Source: a virus. Taken from it: a stretch of 64,000 bases of DNA. Below the pieces are notes generated by a model. That model saw only the letters and a program-made list of their open reading frames with translations. It did not search any database and was not told the DNA's origin. How positions within the stretch are numbered: the stretch's first letter is position 1; each line of letters begins with the position of its first letter. Location of the stretch: positions 3,788-67,787 of the IMG/VR virus record IMGVR_UViG_3300022745_000032; one strand, written 5' to 3'. Below are positions 1 to 11,168 of this stretch, one piece after another. A program made the translations under genes and the position numbers.

Positions 1-1226
1 AAGTATGCTTTTGCAGTCTTGTTACCAGCCTTGGCCAGAGCCCTCAGCTTGTCAATCTTGTCATCGATGGATGCGGATTCGGGCGTTTTGGCTGCTTTTA
101 CGGGCTTTTCTTGGTCAGGGGTGGTATCTGACCCTCCCTTGTCATCAGAAGGCCTGGAAGTGGCCTTAGAATCTCCGGAATCGGCATCCCTGAGCTTCCT
201 TAGCTCCTCATGATCCCTCACCATCTGGTCGGTGAGGTATTTGGCCTGCTTGGCCGATTCAATGCTGGACCTCCTGAGGGTAATGTACTGCTCATAAGCA
301 GCCTTGGTCTCGGGAGAGGCATTGGCCACGCTCTTGATAAATGGCAATCCCTTCTCCCTAGGCACCTGATTGCCATCCTTGTCTGTGGTGTAGGCTTTGT
401 CGTACCACTCACTCAGCTTAACCGGAACCATGGGATTCAACGGATCTGGTACCACGGTATTGCCAAGCCTTGAGGCCTCAAGTGCATCACTGTCGCGCTG
501 CTTCTGGAGCAGTTTGACGGTTTCCGCTTGTGAATTGATCTTGCTAATCATCGCGTTGGAACGATCGGCAAGGGCCTTGGCCTGGATCATCTTGGCCTCA
601 CCCTCCTGCTTGAGGTAATTGGTATTGGCCAAGGTAAACCCGATCTTAGCGGAATCAGCCGCCTGCTGGAGCTGGATGTTGTCGGGCTCGGCCTCAGCTT
701 TGGCAAGGGTGGCATCAAGATTGGCCTTGGCGAGATCGACCTGCTTTTGGGCGGATTCCTTGTTCCAAGTGCCCATTGCCGAAGCAACTGCCAACCTTCC
801 TTCCTGACCCGCCTCATCTACTGCAGCCTGACGCTGCTCAGCTCCAGTCTTGAGCTTTGCTTGGACAGCACCTTGGCCAAGAATATCAGACCTTGATTGA
901 GCATCAGTAGCCAGGAATGGGGCTTTGGCCGCATTCTCGGCAACTTGGGTATTGGCATTGGAGATGGTCGCAGCAGCGCTTGGCGCATAGGTGTCCTTGA
1001 GCGCCCCAAGCTTGGCCAGAATGTCCTGCTTCTCGGCCTCATGGGTTGCACGCTGGGTATCCAGCATGAGGTTCAGGAGCTGGTTCTGGGTGTCGGCCCG
1101 ATTGATGTTCAGGGACGCAAGCTGGCCCTGCTGGAACGCTTGGGGATTAAACGCCACCAACCCCGGATCAACCGGGGTGAATTGTGGCATGACCTGAACT
1201 TGAAAACCGCCAGTATTGATCGGCAT
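1..1226 (-). CDS. Internal virion / DNA ejection protein, partial (runs off the left edge; not in the ORF track)
   Basis: ATG at 1226 (MPINTGGFQVQVMPQFTPVDPG...). The frame reads open where checked at both ends and is Ala/Gln/Lys-rich. Follows the gp7-like gene. Confidence 0.6.
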   Translation of the reverse strand, partial: MPINTGGFQVQVMPQFTPVDPGLVAFNPQAFQQGQLASLNINRADTQNQLLNLMLDTQRATHEAEKQDILAKLGALKDTYAPSAAATISNANTQVAENAAKAPFLATDAQSRSDILGQGAVQAKLKTGAEQRQAAVDEAGQEGRLAVASAMGTWNKESAQKQVDLAKANLDATLAKAEAEPDNIQLQQAADSAKIGFTLANTNYLKQEGEAKMIQAKALADRSNAMISKINSQAETVKLLQKQRDSDALEASRLGNTVVPDPLNPMVPVKLSEWYDKAYTTDKDGNQVPREKGLPFIKSVANASPETKAAYEQYITLRRSSIESAKQAKYLTDQMVRDHEELRKLRDADSGDSKATSRPSDDKGGSDTTPDQEKPVKAAKTPESASIDDKIDKLRALAKAGNKTAKAY

Positions 1227-1232
1227 GATGCT

Positions 1233-2213
1233 TTAGCCAGTTGGATAGTAACCGCCAAATCGGGTGTTAACCAACTTGGAGTTGTCGGGGATGATGTTGC
1301 CATTGCCACCGCCAAATGCCCCAGCCAATCCAGCCATGCCGCCTGCATTCTGGAACATGGAACCGGCCAAGCCGTACATATTCTGGGATTGGCGACCGTA
1401 GATGTTGGCCTGATTGGCAAAGGCCGCACCACGGGCATTCTGGTTACCAACGGCGATGTTGGCGATTGAACCCGGATCAAGACCAACAACAGGACGTTGG
1501 ATCCCCTCGCCATATTGGGCTGCACCCATGGCCCGATTGAAGTTGGACTCGGAAAGGCTTTTCAGCAGCTGGATCTTTTGGAGGAGGTTCTGGGCGTTGA
1601 ACTGCTGGTTTTGGGTGTCGAGCTGGCCGAATTGCGAGGCATCGTTGAGCCTCTGCTGCTGGAGCTGGAGTGAGGTAAGCCCAAGATCCCTCGCCACAAT
1701 ATCACGGCCCAAGCCCAACCTGCCACCACCCACCATACCTGCATGAGCCAAGCCCGATTGGGTAACTGCGTTCTGGGTTTCTGTTGAAAGCGACCCGCCA
1801 AGTGCAAGATTTGCCTTGGCCCTGGCAATGGCGGCGGCAAGCAGTGGGCTATTGATGTTATTGCCCAAACCAGAAAGAAGCAGGGACTGGGAGGCCTGAT
1901 CGGAGGCGGAGGGGGCTAGACCCGCCAACACCGCCTGATTGGCTGCAGTCCTCAGCTGGGGAACCTCTGGGGTAAGCTGGCGCTCAAGCTCGGCTGAATC
2001 CAAGGCATTCTGACGGGCAATCGACCTGACCTGCTCATTCAGTTGGTTGATGTCAACCTGGGCAGCCTGACCCGCCTGACCAGCAGCACGATTGGCTTGA
2101 TTACCCGACAATGCACCACCCAGCAAGGTACCGCCAATGCCAATGGCGGATGATGCGGCGGTTCCGAGACCGGCTGCACTTGCAATGGGACCGGCTAAGG
2201 CGAGGAGGGGCAT
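1233..2213 (-). CDS. DNA pilot/ejection protein (P22 gp7-like)
   Basis: Gly/Ala-rich hydrophobic N-terminus (AGLGTAASSAIGIGGTLLGGALSG), Gln/Asn-rich body, position after the GNAT gene. Confidence 0.6.
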   Translation of the reverse strand: MPLLALAGPIASAAGLGTAASSAIGIGGTLLGGALSGNQANRAAGQAGQAAQVDINQLNEQVRSIARQNALDSAELERQLTPEVPQLRTAANQAVLAGLAPSASDQASQSLLLSGLGNNINSPLLAAAIARAKANLALGGSLSTETQNAVTQSGLAHAGMVGGGRLGLGRDIVARDLGLTSLQLQQQRLNDASQFGQLDTQNQQFNAQNLLQKIQLLKSLSESNFNRAMGAAQYGEGIQRPVVGLDPGSIANIAVGNQNARGAAFANQANIYGRQSQNMYGLAGSMFQNAGGMAGLAGAFGGGNGNIIPDNSKLVNTRFGGYYPTG

Positions 2214-2215
2214 GA

Positions 2216-2692
2216 CTATTTAAGTTGAGATTCCCATTGGGAGCGGGTGATGGAAAACCAAAGCTCGTCAACCTTCTGACCGTTGACGGTGGTAGGATGG
2301 GGCTGACGGCCCACAAACGACCATCCAGCGGTGCGGATGAAATAAAGCGCCGATTTTGCGGAAGACAGGCAGTAGCCAACAACCGCCTTAATGCCCATGC
2401 TAGAGAACATCTCATTAAGGGCCAATTTGAGGGCCTCACGGGCCTTTGCGCCCCTGCAGGCCTTGGTCAGGCAGGTGTGGATCTCGCATTCATCTCCATG
2501 GCCAAGGAAGACAAAGCAGCCAACTACCTTGCCACCATCCTCAACCGCCAGAAATACGTTGGCGTCATCCTGGATCTGGCTGGAGGCGCTTGCCTCCTTT
2601 GGTGTTGAGTCGTCGGAAATTCCCGCAAAGACATCCTGATGATGGAGGATTCCATCGACCAGTGAGACATCCTTGGTGCGGTAGACCGTCAT
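2216..2692 (-). CDS. GNAT-fold virion assembly protein (P22 gp14/DUF2824-like)
   Basis: VGCFVF...CEIHTCLTKACRG...SALYFIRTAGW GNAT pattern; syntenic between tail and ejection genes. Confidence 0.65.
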   Translation of the reverse strand: MTVYRTKDVSLVDGILHHQDVFAGISDDSTPKEASASSQIQDDANVFLAVEDGGKVVGCFVFLGHGDECEIHTCLTKACRGAKAREALKLALNEMFSSMGIKAVVGYCLSSAKSALYFIRTAGWSFVGRQPHPTTVNGQKVDELWFSITRSQWESQLK

Positions 2693-2693
2693 C

Positions 2694-3542
2694 TTAGTAC
2701 CCGTGGACCAGCTCGATGCAGAATTGGGAGTTGGGTGAGATAATCACATCGTGGCCTGAAGCTCCATCATTGGACTCAAGATAGACTTGGATGGAATCTC
2801 CAGCCGCCAGATTCAATAGGCCGGTAACCTGAGGATACCAGCGATCTCCCGGAGGATCCTTTACTGCAACGCCGGAAGTTGGAGCAAGCGGATCACCAAG
2901 GGCGTTGTTGGTCGTGATCTTGACGCCAAATTCGGCTTGGCTGTGGTTGGCGGTGTTGTTGTCCACTTGGATGTTAGTGGAGGCGCGATAGACTCCAGCA
3001 ACCGGAGCGATGTACTGGGAGTTGGCGTTGTCGTAGATGGTGAATGGATCCAAGATGGATTGGTTGAAAATCACCTTGTAGAAGTTGCCATCCACCGAAA
3101 GGGTCTGACTGCCGGTAAGCTTGGCGGCTGCAGGATAGCCCTTGAGCTTGTTGAAGGTGTCCTCGTAGATGTCCTTCCACCCACCTGCGTAGTAGGTCTT
3201 GATGGCAATGGCCTTACCGCCAGCATCCGTCTCAATCCAGATGGTGTAATCGGAGGCCGAGGGTTGGGTATTGGCTACGATGTAGCGCAGGCTGAGCGAA
3301 TCCAGCTTCTCCGGAACATAGGACCCAGTAATGGAATCCCAAACGTACCAAGTGGTTCCATTCTTTAGGAATGGACCAACATTGGTCAGTGGAGGCGTCG
3401 AGCCAATCGTGAAGATCGAATAGTTGGTATCGGTCTCAATGGCCAGCCTAGCCACCAATGCGTCAAGAAACTGCTGAGGGGTACCCCTGAAGTTAGAGGG
3501 AAGCGCAGAAGCGCGAAAGGTGACTGGTAGCGTAACGCTCAT
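2694..3542 (-). CDS. Tail needle/short fibre with C-terminal C1q/TNF-like knob
   Basis: C-terminal KVIFNQ...YDNANSQYIAPVAGVYRASTNIQV...LNLAAGDSIQVY is C1q-like. Confidence 0.6.
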   Translation of the reverse strand: MSVTLPVTFRASALPSNFRGTPQQFLDALVARLAIETDTNYSIFTIGSTPPLTNVGPFLKNGTTWYVWDSITGSYVPEKLDSLSLRYIVANTQPSASDYTIWIETDAGGKAIAIKTYYAGGWKDIYEDTFNKLKGYPAAAKLTGSQTLSVDGNFYKVIFNQSILDPFTIYDNANSQYIAPVAGVYRASTNIQVDNNTANHSQAEFGVKITTNNALGDPLAPTSGVAVKDPPGDRWYPQVTGLLNLAAGDSIQVYLESNDGASGHDVIISPNSQFCIELVHGY

Positions 3543-3581
3543 GGTCTCAGGTGGTAGTGTGATTCCTGTGGATTGTCAAGG

Positions 3582-6536
3582 CTACTGGCCAACGCCGATC
3601 CATGCATACATCGTGGTTCCGCTCGCCAAAGTGGCTCCGGAAACATTACGGATGTCGATCTTGATCTCGTTGGCGTTGACGAAGGCATTGGAGTTAATGC
3701 CGTCAATGATGCATCCCTGCAGCGATGCCGGAAAGATCCTGAACGACGTCAGATTGTCTCCTCCGAAATTAGCACCATCAACGTATGGGTGATAGGCGTA
3801 GAATGACGTCGATGACCCATTGGCCAGATTAGCACCAAGGGTCATTTTGGCATAAAAGCCATTGGAGGTTACAGGTATTCCGGAGTTAAAGGATGAGCGA
3901 TTATTGGGGGTCGTAAAGCACGCAAGTCCAGTGGCCGTACGGTACAGCGAAGATGCAGATTCGTACCTATTCCCAGCCGCCCCATCGCCAATTTGAGGAG
4001 TTGGAACGAAAGACGCATAGCTGATGGTGTCATTCCAGGCCAAGAAGAAGTTGCAACCATCAAAATTACCGGCCACGTATCGTGGGTGGGTTAGCGCTAG
4101 ATAACCATTGGCGATGTCCGTGGCCATTGAACCACTTGAGGTGTAGCTGCTTGTAACGCGATAGGAATCGTACCCGGTTCCCGGGTTGCCCCAAATGACG
4201 TTATTAGTTGAGTACGATGTAGATGCGGCCCAGTTGTTTGGCCCAGCCAGCGGATCGCTTAGGGCACCACCAAACCAAGTATCAACCCTAAAAATGGACC
4301 TCGCAACCCACACAGAGTCAACAATCCCGTTCTGGAAGCCGATGGGGGACGTGACGCCCTGCATTTCAATTCCCTGGAACACCACCTTGATTGCATCGGC
4401 ATAGTAATGCCCGGTGAGTGTTCCGGAACCAGATCCGCTGAAGTAAACGGCTCTCTTGCATCCATTAACGAAATTTGCAGCAACATCTATTCCCTGGTAC
4501 TCCATGTTGGTTGAGCCATTGCCAACGGAATAGAAATTGATGGCAGATGTGACTGCCAAGCTCAGGTACTGGGCCCTGAAGTTATAGTTCTGCAGTACAC
4601 GCCTGACTGGGCTTGTCGTTGCATCAACGTAGAACTGGACGAGGTGGTTGCAGTAGTTTACGCTTGGGCATGAAACATCGCAGGTGTCTCCGCCAAAAAT
4701 CCTGATTCCGACGCCCGCAGTAAAATTGGAAATGGACGGAAGTACCATTCCTGAGAACTTGATCCCAAGCAGGGTAAACCCATTGGTCTCGCCATATGAT
4801 TCAAGCGAAGCCGATGAGGATGAATCGATTGATGCCTTTGGATTATCTCCAAGACCATCGGATCCAACTACAATGTCACCACCTCGGTAGGTGGCGGAAA
4901 AGTAGACGGTTGGCCAGTACGGGCTCGATGAATCAAAATTATCGCAGGCATCTAGGCAGGACTGGATCGCATTGCTTGAGTTTACTCCAGACCCCCTACC
5001 CTGAACTGCACCAAACCATTCTGGATAAACGAGGTATGAATTTTTACCGATCCTAACCCTTCCGGCTCCTGTATTTGGTGATGTAGCCCAAGACGCACGA
5101 TAGGGTGCATTGAAGATCTGGTAAAGTCCGGCCTCAATCCCGCCCGTAAACGTAACCGTGACAGCATTTGAAACCACCAGCTTCCCGCCCTCAAACTTGA
5201 TTGGGGATGTAATGTTTAGGTTGCTATCGATCAGATAGCTTCCGTATGGAACCAAGATCACACCATTGACAGCGGCGGCTGCCGTTTGGGTAGTCGAAAA
5301 TGCAGCCGTATCGGAGGTTACGCCATCTCCAACGGCCCCATAGTCTTTAACGCTAAAAGTCTGCTGTTCGGACCATTTCGTGTCGTAGTTGGCAGTCGAT
5401 GCCTTGACCAGCCTCGCGTTTTTTCCGCCTCCTGTTCCCAGAAGGCCCGGGATGGTCGCTTCTGAGGCCGCTGTGGCCCTTCCCTTGGCGTCGAGGGTGA
5501 TGATGGCCGATTTGGTGGCGGAGCCGTAGGTTGCAGCAGAAACGCCCGTATTTGCCAAAGTGGTGGTGGAGCTGCCAGAAGAGGCCGTAACGTCACCCGT
5601 GAGGGCTCCCCGGCTAAGCACCCCTCCTGAATAGCTCAAGGTTGAGCCGACTGAGATGGCAGCAACGGTGCCTGCGCCATTTGCAGCAAGGATGCCGTTG
5701 GCACTACCCGCACCGCCATTATTTGAGCTAAGGACGCCCGTGGTGATGTCGGAGGCAGAAACCGTCACATTGGACGAGAGGGGATGACCATTAACAGTAA
5801 CGGACGTCGAGACCTTGGCGTCAAGGGCCGTCTGTAGGTCAGTTTGGCTTGAGAGAGTGCCCGTAATGGCACCCCAGCTTACACCTCCAACGGAAGGAGC
5901 CGCCCACGTACCATCACCCCTAAGGAACAGCAGATTGCTACCCGGAAGCTTGGGGGCCAAGCCGTGGTAGAGGGTTGAGACGTTAAGGTTGGTGTTATCC
6001 GATGGGGTGCTAAGAGCATCAAGCGCAATCGGATCACTTCCACCGGCCTGGTGGGTTGAGGCGTGAAGGTTAGGATTGCGGCTATTGGTCATCCGGGGAT
6101 CATTACCCCTCGGAACCTCCGTGGCGGTGGCGGCAACGCCAGATGCGGCGATAGTCAGACCTGCATTCTTGATCAGCTTCCCAGTAGCCCCATTGAATAG
6201 GACAAGGCCGTTATCAGTAGAACTAGCAGGACCAGATACGTCACCAGAACCCGATCCCCCTCCGCCAATGGTTGATACGAGGGTCCACGTGGTGGAGTTG
6301 GTCTTTTGGTAGACCTTGGTGGTGGCGGAGGCGTCATCCATCCACTCGTACCAGTCTCCGGCGACACCAATGGTCTCGGTGGGGGCGACTGATGCAACGA
6401 AAAGGTTGTAGGTTGCGGGTACAGCCTGCTGGTCAGGGGTTGTTCCGGTTGGGGTTTGGAAGATGGCATAGTTGACCTGGGAGACCGCCTGCGGAAGCGG
6501 AGAAACGGCTGCAACGGAGGAGCTGACGTCGGGCAT
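3582..6536 (-). CDS. Tailspike / receptor-binding protein with pectate-lyase-like beta-helix
   Basis: SVKDYGAVGDGVTSDTAAF and YPEWFGAV beta-helix entry motifs; Ser/Thr/Gly-rich N-terminal fibre; CBM5/12-like WAASTSY segment. Confidence 0.8.
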   Translation of the reverse strand: MPDVSSSVAAVSPLPQAVSQVNYAIFQTPTGTTPDQQAVPATYNLFVASVAPTETIGVAGDWYEWMDDASATTKVYQKTNSTTWTLVSTIGGGGSGSGDVSGPASSTDNGLVLFNGATGKLIKNAGLTIAASGVAATATEVPRGNDPRMTNSRNPNLHASTHQAGGSDPIALDALSTPSDNTNLNVSTLYHGLAPKLPGSNLLFLRGDGTWAAPSVGGVSWGAITGTLSSQTDLQTALDAKVSTSVTVNGHPLSSNVTVSASDITTGVLSSNNGGAGSANGILAANGAGTVAAISVGSTLSYSGGVLSRGALTGDVTASSGSSTTTLANTGVSAATYGSATKSAIITLDAKGRATAASEATIPGLLGTGGGKNARLVKASTANYDTKWSEQQTFSVKDYGAVGDGVTSDTAAFSTTQTAAAAVNGVILVPYGSYLIDSNLNITSPIKFEGGKLVVSNAVTVTFTGGIEAGLYQIFNAPYRASWATSPNTGAGRVRIGKNSYLVYPEWFGAVQGRGSGVNSSNAIQSCLDACDNFDSSSPYWPTVYFSATYRGGDIVVGSDGLGDNPKASIDSSSSASLESYGETNGFTLLGIKFSGMVLPSISNFTAGVGIRIFGGDTCDVSCPSVNYCNHLVQFYVDATTSPVRRVLQNYNFRAQYLSLAVTSAINFYSVGNGSTNMEYQGIDVAANFVNGCKRAVYFSGSGSGTLTGHYYADAIKVVFQGIEMQGVTSPIGFQNGIVDSVWVARSIFRVDTWFGGALSDPLAGPNNWAASTSYSTNNVIWGNPGTGYDSYRVTSSYTSSGSMATDIANGYLALTHPRYVAGNFDGCNFFLAWNDTISYASFVPTPQIGDGAAGNRYESASSLYRTATGLACFTTPNNRSSFNSGIPVTSNGFYAKMTLGANLANGSSTSFYAYHPYVDGANFGGDNLTSFRIFPASLQGCIIDGINSNAFVNANEIKIDIRNVSGATLASGTTMYAWIGVGQ

Positions 6537-6537
6537 C

Positions 6538-6732
6538 TTATTTCTTGGTAAGGAGTTTGCTCAGCAGGCCCTTCCAGTAGCATGAGCAGGTGATCTTGGC
6601 AAGGAAAGCCGCCACCTTGTCGGAGGCAGCATTGAGCTTGCGCTGGCGTTCGGCACAATCCGCGCAGTTCTCGTACTTCGTTCCGGCCACAAATGGGGCC
6701 AGTACCTTATGAACCAAGTCTCCTAGTTTCAT
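6538..6732 (-). CDS. Small Cys-rich phage protein
   Basis: MKLGDLVHKV...CADCAERQRKLN; fills the operon gap. Confidence 0.55.
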   Translation of the reverse strand: MKLGDLVHKVLAPFVAGTKYENCADCAERQRKLNAASDKVAAFLAKITCSCYWKGLLSKLLTKK

Positions 6733-6736
6733 GGGT

Positions 6737-8665
6737 TTAGATGATTTCTCCAATTTCCGACAGAACGTACCATTGGGCCATTGCAGTGGCCTTGCGGGTG
6801 GCATCCACCTGCGAGATGATGGAGGATTGGGTGCAGGTCTTGCTCACGGGCAGACCGGTCTCGGGATTTAGCTTTGAGAAGGTAACGGTGGCGGAAAATG
6901 TCTCGAAGGGGGAGCTGGTAGAGTGGGGTTGGGTAGATCCGCAGCCATCGGGAGTCAAAAGTCTGGTTTCGCCCGTCTCATCATCCTCGCAGATGCCTTG
7001 GTAGGTCTGGGGCTCGTTTTGGCTGAAGCCACGATAGGCGTACAGCCCTGCAATACCACTCCAGACCACAAGGAAGGAGAAGCCCTTATCCACTAAGCCA
7101 CGATACTCATACTCAACGCATTCGGCGTTGCAGTCGCTTGGATTGGAGTTGTCCTCGGATCGGATGATGCGGGATTGGACCTTGCTGCCATCAATCAGGA
7201 AGTCGGTTTGGTTGCCGTAGAGGGAATCGGCATAGACCTGACCTAGAGTTGCGGCTACATCCTTACGGAGTATGGGTTGGAAGGCGCCACGAGTACCCCT
7301 TGCAGCAACCATGATGGCTACATCGCCGCTGACGTTGACAAACTCAAGTTCGGCATAGCGGAAGCGCTTCCAATCCCGATTGCCCCAAAAATGCTCCCTG
7401 GTGGCAATGAAGCAGGTGATGGGGATTCCATTGTCGGTCTTTTCGGGCCTCATCAGCTCCCATAGGCGGTTGACGCCATCGTAGTCCACGCTGACGCAGA
7501 ACAGCCTCTCCTGCGATGAAACGACACCCCTCGCAAACTCCACCGGTCTCCACCCTGTCCAGTAGGATGCCCAAGAGTTTGCATTGCCCTCAAACGGGGC
7601 CTGATCCAGCACATGGACGCGGCTATTAAGCTTCTCGCCCACTGGCAGGGCGTGGAGCAGGAAGTTCTCATAGAATTGACCGCAAACACCCGTTAGGTTG
7701 TAGCTTAGGTCAATCTTGGATTGTAGCATCTCGTTGTCCTGAATGTCAGTCCGGGACGAGATGTTGATGTTGAGGGCACTATTGAGATTGATCAGGCCCT
7801 TGCTCGTGTACCACCAGATCATTCCGTACTGGGAGACGATGGAGCGGTGGGAGATGCAGCCGATTCCGACAAGGATGTTCTGCTGGAAGTTGGGCGTTGA
7901 GAGCCATTGCGTACGGTCCTGAATCGCCGACTGAAGAAACGTTCCAGTTTCCTTCGTGAAGCAGATAATTCCTTGTCGGTCGGCGGTTTCGACGATCCCG
8001 GTGCATTCTCCGGGTAGATAAAACGCACGACCTTCACTGATGTATTGGGATTCGGTGAACTTGAGGGGGTTGCCAATGTCGGAAGCGAACACCTGGGAGC
8101 CACGACTGACCCACAGGCGGTTATTGGACCAGCACATCCACAGGCCCACAGGAGTACCGTTTCGGTCGGTCTGGGTGGTGGTGGACTGGGTGGGGTTAAG
8201 ATGACCCGACACAATCCCGTCCCAATAAGCTGCCCTTGTGGCACCATCCTGCATGATCAGGATGGCCTTGGGCTGGTCAAGAAAGCGGATGATGCCAGCT
8301 TCATCAAAGTAGGTAGTTTGGACGGTAGCAGCCCAAGCGATGGCGCTGGAGTTGGCATTAAACGCCACATTCGCCAGCGGAGCGTAGGTCGTGAACGGGG
8401 CGGGCGAAACATACACCGTTCCGCCAACACAAAAGACCAGATAGGGGACTCCGGACGAAGGCGTAAAGAAGGTGAGGCCTTGGAGATTGCCAGCGGGCAG
8501 ATCAAACTTGCTGACCGAACCGGGCCTGGTTTGGGCAATTCCACCCCTGCACATGATGTTCATCCCGACAGCATACTCCCCGTTTTCCAGCTTGGACGGC
8601 TGGGTGTACGAGTTCATCCCAAGGACGAACGAATCGGAGCCATCTGGTGCGATTTGGGCGTCCAT
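6737..8665 (-). CDS. Tail hub / DNA stabilisation protein (P22 gp10 / T7 gp12-like)
   Basis: 642 aa, beta-rich and propeller-like (WSNNRLWVSRGSQVFASDIGNP); follows the adaptor gene. Confidence 0.65.
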   Translation of the reverse strand: MDAQIAPDGSDSFVLGMNSYTQPSKLENGEYAVGMNIMCRGGIAQTRPGSVSKFDLPAGNLQGLTFFTPSSGVPYLVFCVGGTVYVSPAPFTTYAPLANVAFNANSSAIAWAATVQTTYFDEAGIIRFLDQPKAILIMQDGATRAAYWDGIVSGHLNPTQSTTTQTDRNGTPVGLWMCWSNNRLWVSRGSQVFASDIGNPLKFTESQYISEGRAFYLPGECTGIVETADRQGIICFTKETGTFLQSAIQDRTQWLSTPNFQQNILVGIGCISHRSIVSQYGMIWWYTSKGLINLNSALNINISSRTDIQDNEMLQSKIDLSYNLTGVCGQFYENFLLHALPVGEKLNSRVHVLDQAPFEGNANSWASYWTGWRPVEFARGVVSSQERLFCVSVDYDGVNRLWELMRPEKTDNGIPITCFIATREHFWGNRDWKRFRYAELEFVNVSGDVAIMVAARGTRGAFQPILRKDVAATLGQVYADSLYGNQTDFLIDGSKVQSRIIRSEDNSNPSDCNAECVEYEYRGLVDKGFSFLVVWSGIAGLYAYRGFSQNEPQTYQGICEDDETGETRLLTPDGCGSTQPHSTSSPFETFSATVTFSKLNPETGLPVSKTCTQSSIISQVDATRKATAMAQWYVLSEIGEII

Positions 8666-9618
8666 TAGTAGAACAGCGTATCCTGGATAGACACGGGAAG
8701 GCCCTCATTGAACGTGATTTGGGGGCCAACGGACGAGGGAGGGCGAAGGGACTCCGCCTCATTGGAGAGCAGGCGAACACCCTCGGTTTCAAAGGCCCTG
8801 GCCTGCTCCGGCTGATTATCCAAGCGGAATTTGACCGCCTTGAGCAGCATCAGAAGGGCCTCCCGGTTATCGATGTTGATCCAGTCGGATACACCCCTGA
8901 CTTCAAGGTCCTTGCGGCGATACTTGATCTTGATCCAGCTCCTGTCCGGAACCTTGATCCGGCGATAGGAGGGATCGGTCTCCCAAGGTTGGTAATAGCC
9001 GATGAGGGTGTGGGCGGTTAGGTCGGAAGGATTGAGGGCGATCAGCTTGACGAAACCAACCGTAACAGCCTTCTCGATCCTATCTATGCGGCCAATCGCG
9101 GGAGCCTCCGGATTCGGAGCAAAGAACCCATAGACAGTAGGAACAAGGAACCCGTCTTCGAGGGTATTGTTGGGGCCTGGGGTGTAGATCCTCTTACCGT
9201 TCTCATCCCATCCGAAAACCCGCAGCACGCAATTAGAGTCCTGAGAATTCTCGACCTGGGCCGCAAGCAGTACAGGGGCCGATGGATCACGGAAGGTGGA
9301 AACGGGACCAAGTTCGTCGGTATACCCGCAGGGCACGCAGCAATCGCTACCGGAGCCATTGGCATGGTACTCATACCACTGATCACGGAGAAGGGTTGGC
9401 TGCCCAGCATTGTTGACAGCGATGACGGTCCCAACATCAGCAGGGAGAGTAACGCAGCCATCGCAAACGCACAAAGACATGACCCCAATGTTCCAGTCGT
9501 TACCCTTTGCTTGGTTGTTGGCGAGGCGTACTGCGTCCGTGATCCTACGATAGACCGTTGCGTCACTGCAGCGACCGAGAACATCTTTGGCCTCATTCAG
9601 GATGTCGGAGACTCTCAT
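8665..9618 (-). CDS. Head-tail adaptor (P22 gp4 / T7 gp11-like)
   Basis: Start [11 protein letters not shown] by TAATG coupling; helical N- and C-termini; precedes the hub gene. Confidence 0.55.
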   Translation of the reverse strand: MRVSDILNEAKDVLGRCSDATVYRRITDAVRLANNQAKGNDWNIGVMSLCVCDGCVTLPADVGTVIAVNNAGQPTLLRDQWYEYHANGSGSDCCVPCGYTDELGPVSTFRDPSAPVLLAAQVENSQDSNCVLRVFGWDENGKRIYTPGPNNTLEDGFLVPTVYGFFAPNPEAPAIGRIDRIEKAVTVGFVKLIALNPSDLTAHTLIGYYQPWETDPSYRRIKVPDRSWIKIKYRRKDLEVRGVSDWINIDNREALLMLLKAVKFRLDNQPEQARAFETEGVRLLSNEAESLRPPSSVGPQITFNEGLPVSIQDTLFY

Positions 9619-11168
9619 TAGCGGAGCTGTTCTAGGGTGAAGTTGTAGCAGTTGATGGAGCAGATTGGGTCGGCGGCTCCCCATTGGACGTAGATTCCAA
9701 CCTCCTGATCGGTCGTTGTGTCGATGGTTCCAGTTGCCGGAGTGACGAGATAGGCCTGATCGGAGGTGTCGCTGATGCCGAACCTGCCATGAAATTCGCA
9801 GAAGTATTGACCGGCACCACCACTTGAGCGGACTACAATCGTTGCCTCAAGATTCCAAGGTTTGCTGGTTGCGGATGGAATGCTATTTGCGTTACCGACG
9901 ATAAAGGCCAACCCACCACCAGCATACGTCACGTACATCTTAAGGGTTGTGCCTGCACCGTTGGAGTAGTTGCCGGAGGCCTTGAAGCGCAGGACGGATC
10001 CTGTAGCCAAACTCCCGCCGGGAATGGTAAGGGTTCCAACGCCAGTACCGCTCAATGAACTCAGTGAGGTAGTATTGCTGACGGTTGCAATGGAAGTCTG
10101 GGAGAAGAGGGTCTTGCTAGTGGCGCTTGACCCAGACGAGCTAAGAACTCCAGCGGAAAGGCTTAGGCCGCTTCCGACGGTAATCTCCTCAATGGCACCC
10201 GTTGAGGCCGTTGAGCGACCAAGCAGCTTGCCCGTGGTCATGGTCAAGCCAGAGGTAGTGGTGGCCCCAGGGACAACGTAGTCGGTACCGGCAGAGGCAG
10301 TCACCAAAGCCCCGGCAGAGCCCTTTAGAAGGCCTGAAGCGGACAATCCCAGCACAATGGTACCTGTGGTAGTGACCGGACTGTTGGTGACCGTAAAACC
10401 AGCGGGAACCGACAATCCAACGCTGCTGACGCTACCACTTGATGTGGGCGGAACGGCCCAAGTGCCATCACCCCTCCAAAAGGTCGAGGATGAGGCTGAA
10501 GCTCCTCCATTAAGGTGAGACACCCCAAGATTTCCAGTGACTCCGGAGGCTAGATCCACTTGAGCCCAAGCTGGGCTGTTGCTTGTTCCTTGGTTGGAAA
10601 GATAGGCCTTGGATAAGCTGCTCTTGGGTAGGGCGGCAAGGGTGTTGGCGGCGTCGGCGTACACCAAATCGCCTTGGGAGAAGGTGGATAGGCCGGTTCC
10701 ACCATTGGTAACCCCGATAGTGGTGCCACCCCATGAAGCCCCTGAGAGCACGCCAGCCGCGTAGATCAGGCTGGAGTCCTTGACAATGGTTCCGCTGGCC
10801 CCATCCCAAAGAACAACGGCATTATTGGTGGCCGACCCAGGGCCCGAGATGCCACCTCCGCCTCCACCCCCAGCCGGAACCGCCCAAGTGCCATCTCCTC
10901 GCCAGAACGTCGTATTGGAGGCTCCGCTGCCGTTATTCAGCTTGGTAACGGGCAGATTGCCGGTTGTGGCCGTGGCCAGATTCACCAGCATCGCATTCTC
11001 ATCGCTGATGATAACCTTGTTCTTGATGGAGCCGGAGAGCTGGCAAACCGAGTCGGCGTAGTTCTGGAATGAGATGGTCTTGTTGGCACCCAGGCTCTCC
11101 TGCCAAACAAGGATTACATCGTCAGCCGTAAGGCCAAGAATCTCGCCATACTGGTTGTAGATCGCCAT
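9618..11168 (-). CDS. Virion fibre protein
   Basis: Gly/Ser/Thr-rich, with two [12 protein letters not shown] repeats and a beta-rich tip. Confidence 0.65.
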   Translation of the reverse strand: MAIYNQYGEILGLTADDVILVWQESLGANKTISFQNYADSVCQLSGSIKNKVIISDENAMLVNLATATTGNLPVTKLNNGSGASNTTFWRGDGTWAVPAGGGGGGGISGPGSATNNAVVLWDGASGTIVKDSSLIYAAGVLSGASWGGTTIGVTNGGTGLSTFSQGDLVYADAANTLAALPKSSLSKAYLSNQGTSNSPAWAQVDLASGVTGNLGVSHLNGGASASSSTFWRGDGTWAVPPTSSGSVSSVGLSVPAGFTVTNSPVTTTGTIVLGLSASGLLKGSAGALVTASAGTDYVVPGATTTSGLTMTTGKLLGRSTASTGAIEEITVGSGLSLSAGVLSSSGSSATSKTLFSQTSIATVSNTTSLSSLSGTGVGTLTIPGGSLATGSVLRFKASGNYSNGAGTTLKMYVTYAGGGLAFIVGNANSIPSATSKPWNLEATIVVRSSGGAGQYFCEFHGRFGISDTSDQAYLVTPATGTIDTTTDQEVGIYVQWGAADPICSINCYNFTLEQLR